From Andalucia godoyi And28 (lineage: Eukaryota > Protista > Jakobida), in NCBI GenBank assembly GCA_009859145.1, contig VRVR01000033.1, forward strand, positions 186,001-250,000: a DNA stretch of 64,000 nucleotides, written 5' to 3'. Made by a program: the position numbers and the translations under genes. The notes below the pieces were generated by a model. It was not told where the DNA came from. It made no database searches and was given only the letters and a program-made list of their open reading frames with translations. Below, one piece after another: positions 18,653-27,577 of the stretch. Every line of letters begins with the position of its first letter. The first letter of the stretch is position 1.

Positions 18653-19996
18653 ATGTATCGAGATCGAAATCAAACATCCGAGTATTATGGAAGCGCGTTT
18701 CTCGTTTCGAGTCACCGAATTTTATTCATTGTTTACGTGGTCTTCGTTCTTGCCATGTACTCATCATTTTCATTGTTTGTGGGAATCCAACGGTATTTTT
18801 GGGGCAGAGTGTACTATGCTGGCTGCTTCCATCGACACGATATGCCGCCATTGGACTATGAGATAGGTCGACACATAGCTCCCTCGTCGAGTCTCCCTGT
18901 CCTCCCTGCGCCTTCGGGATTTTCAGCTCTCTTGTTCTTTCAAACCTATGCAAATTGGAGAAAATCGCTTGTGAATTCGGCGCTTTCGGACAAGTACTGC
19001 TTGCCAAATGTGCTGGTTTGGAAACCAGACGAAGGCTTTGGCAACCGTATGATGCAGCTGTCAAATGCGCTTGTGTTTGCGTATCATACAAACCGTGTGA
19101 TTTTCATTGACTGGGAAAAGCCGTTTTCGTTCTTGAGCTTTTTTGAAGACTTGACGACCATTTGGGGCATGTTTCAGTACCAAGAGGCGGTGTCCAACGG
19201 CATCGTTTGTGTGAGCTCGTATGTTCCACACAAGTCCATTGACGTATTGCACGTGAACGATCCCTCGGGAAACACGGTGGATAAGTATTCGCCACCAAGC
19301 AAGATTGCGCCCTTTGTTTTCTTGTGTGGGTTTCAAGGATGTTTTGAGATCCTCGGTTACTTCAACTATCCTGTTTCATTTAATATTGACGCACTACCCG
19401 GCTATGTGTTCAGACCGGGGCCGAGCGTGCTGAAACACATCGCACCATTTGATGACGCCATAAGACCGGATTCGTCGTGGACATTTGGAGCACAAATTCG
19501 ATCGGAATACATCAACCCTGGCGAGGAGTATCTTTGGTACTGCTGCTACAACGCGCTGAAACGCAAGCTGCCCGCCACCATCACAAAGACTCGGTTCTTC
19601 CTGACGACGGAGAACGAGGAAGTTGCGCTCGAGTTCAGCAGGCATCTTGGAAACGAGCTCTTGTATTTGTCCAAGACCATTGTGCATACCCATGATTCCC
19701 AGAACACACCTGCTGTGCTGGACAGCTTTGAAAAGACCTTTGCGGATATCTTCATGTTATCAAGGTCGCATGTGCTGGTGTACACGAACGGCTCAACATT
19801 CGGCTCCTATGTTGGAGCAATGGAGCTCCAGGAGTTCCCCAATCGCCTTCGCGATTCTCTGGGACACACAAACGGGTATGTCAGTCGACGGCCTGTTGGC
19901 GAGCCTGCTACATTACCAGCTTTCTGCCCAGCCTCCTGCCTTGACGAGATGTGGAAGCCTTTCGGCTCTTTTGGCAAGCTTTTCGCCAGAAAGTAG
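18653..19996 (+). CDS. Type II membrane fucosyltransferase-like glycosyltransferase (GT23/GT37-like)
   Basis: N-terminal TM (ILFIVYVVFVLAMYSSFSLFV). Fucosyltransferase motifs EGFGNRMMQL, GAQIRS, FFLTTEN and ADIFMLS..NGSTFG. Confidence 0.7.
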   Translation: MYRDRNQTSEYYGSAFLVSSHRILFIVYVVFVLAMYSSFSLFVGIQRYFWGRVYYAGCFHRHDMPPLDYEIGRHIAPSSSLPVLPAPSGFSALLFFQTYANWRKSLVNSALSDKYCLPNVLVWKPDEGFGNRMMQLSNALVFAYHTNRVIFIDWEKPFSFLSFFEDLTTIWGMFQYQEAVSNGIVCVSSYVPHKSIDVLHVNDPSGNTVDKYSPPSKIAPFVFLCGFQGCFEILGYFNYPVSFNIDALPGYVFRPGPSVLKHIAPFDDAIRPDSSWTFGAQIRSEYINPGEEYLWYCCYNALKRKLPATITKTRFFLTTENEEVALEFSRHLGNELLYLSKTIVHTHDSQNTPAVLDSFEKTFADIFMLSRSHVLVYTNGSTFGSYVGAMELQEFPNRLRDSLGHTNGYVSRRPVGEPATLPAFCPASCLDEMWKPFGSFGKLFARK

Positions 19997-20355
19997 CCAC
20001 AAAAAATTGGAAAAAAAAATAATAATAAAAATAAATAATAATTGTTTCACGTAAAAAAAAATGGAAACCAAGAGCGCTCAACTGCCTTGTGTCACGACAT
20101 GCCCCCAGGCCCCAGAAGACAAGTCCCCGTTTTCTGCGATGATGGGGGTTGACTGTGCACTTTACAAATTTCTATTGCCTGCTCGCATCGGCAGCTGTCA
20201 TCCGGGGCCCGATGCAAGGACGAATCCTCGCGAGGAACGTTGCGCACCCCCTTGCTGGTTTGACAAAAAGTCGTGCAGGAAACCGCCTATTTCCTTCTTC
20301 TCTGTGCACATGTGATCGCTTGCGAGTCGCACATGGACGGAAAAAAGAAATACGC

Positions 20356-21162
20356 ATGAAGTTCCTGGCAATGAGAATGCTTTCGTGGATGACGACGTTG
20401 TGCATGCTCGCAGCTTCGTGTCAAGCATCGTCGCTACACAGACACGGTGATGCTGGATTCACAGCGTACATGGCGAATGCACTTCGGAACGCTGCAGACA
20501 TTGAAAAAATGTATGGATGCACGTCGGCGTTCGACGCAGACTGTTCCGCGAAAGCGTGCTCGGGCCATGGTTGGGTTTCTCTCGCGTTCCCGGACTACCC
20601 CTGTGGATGTTTTGATGATGACGTGCGTGGGCATTTTGAGCTTCCGAATTGCGCAAAGTGCAAGATGGGCTGGGGAGCAGAAGGAAATTGCACTGAGCCG
20701 ATCTTGTTTGAACAGCAGCATAAGAACGCCGAAGATATTGCAGTGCTTACGTCTCGTCTGAACATCGATGAGAAAGGGCTTCCGGTGTTTATGGAAACCA
20801 TCTTGTCTCAGCTGACTTCTCTCGCGGCCACCGTGACCAATCTGACTGCAGAAGTCGCCACTCTGCAGAGGTCTCAGCAGTGCCCACCTGGCACTAAGCT
20901 TACACTAGCGAAAACGACCACTGTGTATCCAATAGCCTGGGGATTTGGTTCCGTGACGCAGGCACTGCCTCTTAGCCCCTCGGACTCGTCGTGCTACCTG
21001 GAGCATGTCTCGGGTAACTGCGAGATGGACTGTGGAGTGTTCTACGCAGGAGCGTCTTATTTTGTATATCGTCGTCTTCCGTCCTCCTCCTCTGCCGAAC
21101 AAAAAGGCTGCATGGCCGGTTGCTCTGTTCGGTGCGATACCCCACATCTGCAGTGTACGTGA
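20356..21162 (+). CDS. Secreted Cys-rich protein: EGF/laminin-like module, coiled coil, Cys-rich C-terminal head
   Basis: Signal peptide MKFLAMRMLSWMTTLCMLAASCQA; CSGHG..CGC..GHF..CAKCKMGW..C; heptads LTSLAATVTNLTAEVATLQ. Confidence 0.65.
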   Translation: MKFLAMRMLSWMTTLCMLAASCQASSLHRHGDAGFTAYMANALRNAADIEKMYGCTSAFDADCSAKACSGHGWVSLAFPDYPCGCFDDDVRGHFELPNCAKCKMGWGAEGNCTEPILFEQQHKNAEDIAVLTSRLNIDEKGLPVFMETILSQLTSLAATVTNLTAEVATLQRSQQCPPGTKLTLAKTTTVYPIAWGFGSVTQALPLSPSDSSCYLEHVSGNCEMDCGVFYAGASYFVYRRLPSSSSAEQKGCMAGCSVRCDTPHLQCT

Positions 21163-21817
21163 CGCATGCACACACACTCTCACACGCACGCGCGCACACA
21201 TTCAAAGAACCTGCAACTACCGGTACACTCTTGTACGTTGCTGCTTCCATTACTTAATTAAACAGTTTCATTCTTTCCAGTACGTGTATGCTTGTATTTT
21301 TGCTGGACAAAAAAATTCTACGGCGATTTCACCATTCTGTTTTTCTGGTTTTTTCCCATTCACAAATTTTTTTTCGCTGCTGCTCGTGCCGAACGCTTGG
21401 AATCAGCTTGCATGTTCCTACCGCACTCCTCATGCAGAGCGGGAAGCAAATCAGCTTGACGTCTCACTCCTGTGCCCTTGCGGGCAAAACGGATTGGGAA
21501 CGGGTTGCATGTTGCATGAACTGTCTTTATTTGGGACCAAAAACGAACACCAACAAACAAAGAGGGAAAAAATAAATTAAAAGCAAGAATAAAAAGGAAG
21601 AAAAAAAGGCGATGCGAACGCCAGAGTAGGTTTCGCACGTTGCTTCATCATTTGCCCCAACAAAGATCAAGGAAAAACAAAACACGAGCCAATTCGATCG
21701 CCATTTCAGTGTTCTTTCATTGGTTGTTTGACTCACCATCTTCGTTGCCGATTCAACGGTCTATTGTTATCGTTATAATCATCACAACAGAGACCTCCGT
21801 CGTGCCGCTCCTGTACG

Positions 21818-24568
21818 ATGTCGTTTCGTTTCCAGTCGCCTGTTATTGAGGACAGCAGGTATCCGCTTGCGGTTTTCCATGTAGGCAAGTTGAGGAAGAA
21901 GCAGTTTCGGTCGTTTGTGGTACAAGACAAATACGTTGCGGTTGTCGACAACTATGTACTGTACTACCGGTTGAAAGACGGCCCACAAAGTGGTCCGCGC
22001 CACTGGATCCAGCTCTGTGCGCCGGATGACATTATCGTCGATGCAAGAAACAACACAGTGTCGATCGACCCCACGACCTGCAACACTGTATCGGATGTTC
22101 TTGCTTTAAAAAAGTGGACGTTCCGTGCAAAATCATCGGACGAAATGACCACTTGGCTCGACGTTCTGCGCGGAAGTGCGTCGTTTGGAGCCCGCGAGCG
22201 CCAAGCGTCCTTCTCAGCTCTGAGTCGCCAGACTGCGCATGCCGATGACCTGCTCTTCAGCTCCACCACCACGAACAACAAGTTGTTTTCGAGCTGTTCT
22301 AATGACGATTCTCCCTTACCGCTCTTTGCAAGCATTCGCGACATTATTCCATCGATGGCCGAGTGTACGTGTGCGCGAATCGACTCGATTGCGGATGCCC
22401 TTGCACATGTGTCGTCTGTTGTTGCGTCCGGAGTCGATCGATTCGCGCCCGAAGATGCTATTTTTCCTCCGTGGCTTCTTCGGCTCGACGATTCATCCTT
22501 CAACACGGGGTTTGTAAAGACGTTTTTCCTCGTTGCGGGATCTGTGCTGAATTCCTCCAGCGATTCGCAGTCCAGCGCCGTCTCAAGTTCTTGCTCTTCT
22601 AGCTTCAATGGCAGCGGCAAAAACTGCAGCATCAGCAGTTGCACAGAACTGTTCGATGCATTCCACTTTCTGCGGACGGACGTTTCGCGTTGGTCCAAAG
22701 CATCCGTTATGATGCCACCGACGCCGAAGTCTGCGCGATCAGCAATGGTCCAGCGCGGATTTCCCGAGCAAGCGTCTCGCCAACTTCGAATAGCAACACT
22801 TTTGTTTGCCCTCCTCTACCAATCCTCGATCGGCGCTTCATACTTCCTCGACTTGTTCAGCAATTCTAACGCTAACACCACGGGCATCGGAAGTAGCTTC
22901 GGTAGCAGCGCCGGGATTGTTGCGAATGATGAATGCGGAGTGTGGGACTTTTCGTCCGGCCTAGGAAGAGGAAGCTCCTCGTATCTCTTGCAGCAGTGTG
23001 TGGAGAGCCTTCGTCGTGCTCGAGCATTGATTGTGATTGTACCAGATTTTTCAATGACGAAGAGCGTGCGGTTTGATCTTCAGCCGTTCCGCGAGCGTCA
23101 GATCGATCCAGGCACCAAGCTCCAGTGGATGACATTTTATGACATTGTGCGCCGCATCACCCTCTGTCTCATTTTGCACCGGCATCAGGTTGCCGAACAG
23201 TCTACTCTGGTGCAGTTTCTCGAGGACCTGTCCAAAGATGTTTCCGCCTTTCAATCCGCCGTCCAAACTGACAAGCACGCTCTCAAGACCGGTGAAAAGC
23301 AAGCAGAATACTGGAATCCGCTGAACGAAGACCTCGAAGCGCATCTCGAAGCGACGCTCACTTGTGTTCTTGGCACGCTTCCCGAGGCTTATGGTTTTTT
23401 TACGTTTTGCAGACTCTCGACGCAGTACTCCATTCTCAACTCCACGGATCTTCCCTCTCTCTCGTCCCCCTCGTCCCCGACTGCAACGGCATCAGCACCA
23501 TCATCATCGCTGCTGCAATTGGCCTTGCCGACGAAGCCAGTGACAATGACGGGAGCGATCAAGATGGAAACTGAGCTGTGCGATCTGATGAAGATGTACA
23601 AATTTCCGCTGGATGATGTGTTTGAGTGGATTGATCTGTTGCAGTGCACGGATGGGTCGTGTCTTTCATCTGCAGCGGTGTCGAAGCTCGCGGGGTGTCT
23701 TATGCCGTTCTTCTTTCGCGACTCGACCGCGTCTCTCAAACTCAGACTCTTTCTCATTGTCCACATCGCCGCCCATGCCTCCACGTCGTCAGCGACTCCT
23801 GATGTCGAACACAAAGACAGTGTGCATGATGGCAGGAATCGTGACACCAATGGCAACTGCAGTCGACCTCGCGCCACTGTAGGGACCAAAATGGTAAGGA
23901 GATGCAGTCGAAGCGGAGAAGATGTGCTGCTGGAAATGCTCGCTCGGCAACCAGATGTGAACATGACCGATGCGTACGATTCCATCTTTTCCCATCGTCA
24001 TCATTGTCGTCATCAGGACGACGACAAAGACCAGGAAAAAGTAGAGAACGAAGAAGAGAACGGCGACAGCAATGATCAGGAAAAGAAGAAGAGGAATGGG
24101 TATCTAGAGTTTTTGGTGTTGCTGGTGCGTCGTCATCGGAGGTTCCAAGCTCTGATCGAGTTTTCATGGACGTCGACAGTCCGGTGCATGCTTCTTTCCA
24201 CCTCTCCCTCCGCAACTCAAGGCGTAGGAGTACGAGACGGAGGAAAAGGAAAAGGAGCCGGAGGAAGAGGAGATGGAGGAGATGGAGGAGATGGAGGAGA
24301 TGCGCGAGATGCAGCGGGAGATGCAGGAGCCGTGAACGACGCACAAGAAGGCAAGGCAGAAGAAGAAGAGATCATCAGCATGCTCGAGCGGCTACGATCG
24401 ACGCGCCAGAAGGCAGAACAGTGGCTGCAGCTGCTTGCAGAGGCCGAGCGCAAGCTTCGCACGTCCACGGATGCGCGCGATCGCGGCTTCGGCTGCCTGC
24501 ATCTCGCGCGCGTCATTGCCTTTTTCGAAACCAACCTCGCGCCTCTCTTCCAATGTAACGGACTGTAG
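21818..24568 (+). CDS. Uncharacterised 916-aa protein with N-terminal PH domain
   Basis: Long intact ORF with GKLRKK..YVAV..LYYR..WTFRAKSSDEMTTWLDVL (PH-type C-terminal helix with Trp). Confidence 0.7.
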   Translation: MSFRFQSPVIEDSRYPLAVFHVGKLRKKQFRSFVVQDKYVAVVDNYVLYYRLKDGPQSGPRHWIQLCAPDDIIVDARNNTVSIDPTTCNTVSDVLALKKWTFRAKSSDEMTTWLDVLRGSASFGARERQASFSALSRQTAHADDLLFSSTTTNNKLFSSCSNDDSPLPLFASIRDIIPSMAECTCARIDSIADALAHVSSVVASGVDRFAPEDAIFPPWLLRLDDSSFNTGFVKTFFLVAGSVLNSSSDSQSSAVSSSCSSSFNGSGKNCSISSCTELFDAFHFLRTDVSRWSKASVMMPPTPKSARSAMVQRGFPEQASRQLRIATLLFALLYQSSIGASYFLDLFSNSNANTTGIGSSFGSSAGIVANDECGVWDFSSGLGRGSSSYLLQQCVESLRRARALIVIVPDFSMTKSVRFDLQPFRERQIDPGTKLQWMTFYDIVRRITLCLILHRHQVAEQSTLVQFLEDLSKDVSAFQSAVQTDKHALKTGEKQAEYWNPLNEDLEAHLEATLTCVLGTLPEAYGFFTFCRLSTQYSILNSTDLPSLSSPSSPTATASAPSSSLLQLALPTKPVTMTGAIKMETELCDLMKMYKFPLDDVFEWIDLLQCTDGSCLSSAAVSKLAGCLMPFFFRDSTASLKLRLFLIVHIAAHASTSSATPDVEHKDSVHDGRNRDTNGNCSRPRATVGTKMVRRCSRSGEDVLLEMLARQPDVNMTDAYDSIFSHRHHCRHQDDDKDQEKVENEEENGDSNDQEKKKRNGYLEFLVLLVRRHRRFQALIEFSWTSTVRCMLLSTSPSATQGVGVRDGGKGKGAGGRGDGGDGGDGGDARDAAGDAGAVNDAQEGKAEEEEIISMLERLRSTRQKAEQWLQLLAEAERKLRTSTDARDRGFGCLHLARVIAFFETNLAPLFQCNGL

Positions 24569-24816
24569 TATAAAATAAAAAACCGCCTCTGCCAATGATT
24601 GCACGGTTGGAATTGCAGGATAAAATCTCCAATCCAATCACCAAAAAAAAAAACAAAAAAAAAACGGTTTTCTTCCACAACTTTTGTAAAGATGAAATAT
24701 GAAAATGCCCGCCTAACGCCCCGAGCTTCAGTTTGTTTCTCTCCTTTCCCCTCCAAGTTTTTGGAGGAGTCACACACACTCTCGCGAGACTGGCAAGATA
24801 GATAGAGGAAGCATCC

Positions 24817-25515
24817 ATGTCCTTTTCGCCTCCTCGGAATGCAGCGACGTACAAGCAGCATTCGCGGACTGACAACGCAGTCTACACCGCGCGCGAGGTG
24901 ACCGAGTTTCTCGTGAGCAAGGAACAAACAAGTCGCACAAGTCCGTCCTCGTTGCATCAACCGGATGTCCGCACAGCATCAAGCCGGTCGACACCTGTCG
25001 ATGCCGGACAGTACGCGAAGTATGTGCATTCCGCGCCGTTCGACACGAGCGTGCCGTTTCAGCCGCAGCCTGCCCGGCCGTCGCCGCCGGAAGTCCGCAA
25101 CTACTACACGCGACGTCCTCCCCCACCCGCCGCTGCCTCCTCTTCGCTTGCTTCAAAAGCCAACAGTCGCCAAACATGGTCGACAAAAGACAACGGGAGT
25201 GAAAAGAAGTCGACAGCGAAGACGGCGAAAGACGGCGGTCCCGTGGCAAAGCAGACGCACCTCGAGTACCTGTTTGCAGGGACGGTGTCGCCTGCTGCCG
25301 AGTACGAGCAAGCGCATCGAAGTACAACACTTGTTAAAAAGCGGACATCGCCGGTTGCGACTACGGCAGTTGAGAAGACCAGTCTCGAGTGGAATGAGGC
25401 GGCCAATGCGCGGGTGCCGGGCCAGGATGCACATTACACAAAGGGTCCGTTTGGGTCGTACACCGACACGTCCATTCGAATCATGCACGGACTCCCATAC
25501 AAGCATCCCCGGTAA
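24817..25515 (+). CDS. Hypothetical disordered protein (232 aa)
   Basis: ATG-initiated ORF filling the gap between AT-rich spacers. Pro/Ser-rich, no recognisable domain. Confidence 0.5.
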   Translation: MSFSPPRNAATYKQHSRTDNAVYTAREVTEFLVSKEQTSRTSPSSLHQPDVRTASSRSTPVDAGQYAKYVHSAPFDTSVPFQPQPARPSPPEVRNYYTRRPPPPAAASSSLASKANSRQTWSTKDNGSEKKSTAKTAKDGGPVAKQTHLEYLFAGTVSPAAEYEQAHRSTTLVKKRTSPVATTAVEKTSLEWNEAANARVPGQDAHYTKGPFGSYTDTSIRIMHGLPYKHPR

Positions 25516-25918
25516 CGCGGATCCACTCTACAACAGTTTATTGGTAATTAAGAAATGTATCCGCTCGCCAAAACACGACATTTTCGGACATGACCGGTTT
25601 GAGTTTATTGGGAAGATCTCTCTTTGGAGCCATGAGATGTTTTGTCTTTGGTGAAAGAGGGGTGCTTGAGGGTTCGATTATTAAAAAACAAGCAACAGAG
25701 AAAGAATTAAAATAAAAAAAAAGTGAAGAATGAAAGAAATTCTAGGCAGATAAACAAACCTACGACATACGCAAAAAATGCATCCGTCGGCTGTTACTCG
25801 AGTCGCTCGAGTCCTGCATTGCCTGTGACGTATTGTGCGGCAGACCTTCGGGAATGCGCTGCCGTTGACGCATATCATCCCCGGAATGACAATAAGAGGC
25901 GGACAGACAGACAGACAA

Positions 25919-25921
<3 letters not shown>

Positions 25922-26014
<93 letters not shown>
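25922..26014. repeat. (GA)n microsatellite, about 46 units
   Basis: Perfect dinucleotide run ending 26 nt upstream of the ATG at 26041. Confidence 0.98.
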
Positions 26015-26015
<1 letters not shown>

Positions 26016-26040
26016 CTTTAGATAGTTCGATACAGAAGCG

Positions 26041-27405
26041 ATGCGTGACTTGGCGAGTATTGCGCTTCCACAGTCGATAGATGGGAACATTCCCACAAAA
26101 GCATGGCAGGCGCGGGGATGCATCACTTGGGCCAAAACGATCATCATTTCCGAACTCGTTGACAAAGACGCCACGATTGCCGAGCTGGTCTGCGGCGTCG
26201 GGCTCGAATGGGGAAAGTGGATCCGCGCGTCTGCAAAGTTTCTCTACATGATTGATATGTGAATTTTTCCCTCCGCCTTTCCCCTTTCCTCATTCACTCC
26301 TTCGTTGCTATGCAGAGAAGAATGCACTGGTGAACCACATGACTAATTCGTGCTGTTTTTTGACCCCGCTTCTGCGTGTGTGTTTTATTGGGATACAGGA
26401 AGGGCGTGTACATCCGAGACGAAAGTGGTTGGAAGAAGCTCAGCACAAATGGGAAATGCGCAAGCAACCCGTGCCTGCTTGTTTCCTTCCTCTCCATCCA
26501 TGCTATGTATGTCCTCGCTTTTCTGCTTTCCCGCCTCCCGTTCTTCTCGTTTCTCTTATTTCTGCTGTTCTGCAATGCAATGATGACACCAACCAATATT
26601 GACGATGCTGCTCAATAGGAGAGACTACCGGATGAGATGAGCGGCAAATGCAACATTGTTTCCTGCTTTGAGTGTTTGGAATGGGCGTTTGAATCACTAG
26701 ACACGTGCGCCTGTTTCCTGGATAATGTGTCCAGATGCCTTGTACCTGGTGGGTTCTTCCTCGGTATCTGCATCGACTCTGCCTCTGTCTTGTATGATCT
26801 CTTCTTCGTTCATCTTCCTTCTCATCACCACGCTCGCCATCACCAATGTCTGTTCTCATCCTCAATAATTCCTATTCCGATTGTGGTGATGACGCTTCTT
26901 GTTCGTAACCACCTCCCCGCCCCGAATAACAAACAACAAACAACACAACACAACGAAACAAAACAAAAATCACGAATACGAAATACATAGACGGAGATTA
27001 TCGGATGCATCGTCGTCGACTGTCCGCGATGATCTGTACGAACTGAGTGTTGGGCCGCAAAGCGCGTGGCCGGCCTTTGGTGTACCGTACTCGCTGCGCA
27101 TTGCAGGCGAAGAAGAATCAAACCCTACCTCCGTTATCCCTACTCTTAACCATAGTCTGCGTCCCAGCTGCGACGGCGGCAGGTTTCTGGTAGATGTCGG
27201 GCTCCTGGGAACAATGGCGCGCGAACGAGGCCTCGAAATGGTCGATGCACCGAACATGGTTACCTTCTTCAATGACTACAACGTTCAGTACGAAGCGTTG
27301 CTGCGCTCGTTCCAGGTCTACAAGAAGAAGAACGCAGTCGACAGCTCGCAACTCGCCGTCCTCGGCCTCTTTTGCGCTGTCATCCTCAAAAAGGAGCCCG
27401 TGTAA
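26041..27405 (+). CDS. mRNA cap guanine-N7 methyltransferase-like protein (RNMT/Abd1 family, divergent), intron-containing
   Basis: The exons read WAKTIII..IAELVCGVGLEWGKW..YMID / WLEEAQHKW / NIVSCF..AFES..FLDNVSRCLVPGGFFLGICIDS / FGVPYSLRI..FLVD..GLEMV. Introns: 26259 (GTGAAT) to an uncertain acceptor, 26507-26618 and 26792-26990. The last two give in-frame joins. Confidence 0.75.
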
Positions 27406-27577
27406 AACGATTCACGAACCTGCTGCACTCCTGTTGTACTGGGACCATATCCTTTTCTTTTTGTGTGCTATGCTTGATGCTACCGCGTAGCTAGTCGATC
27501 GATAAAAACAAATCTGAAATGGAAAACCTTTCGGCTTCACTGACATATAATCTCAGCATAAGAAGAACGCTAGAGTA

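Noticed and set aside
25671-25677. GGTTCGA T-loop-like heptamers (also 63486-63492)
   Set aside because: There is no flanking T-stem, acceptor stem or cloverleaf, so no tRNA is supported.
25922-26014. Repeat array as CRISPR or telomere
   Set aside because: It is a plain (GA)n microsatellite with no spacers or cas genes.
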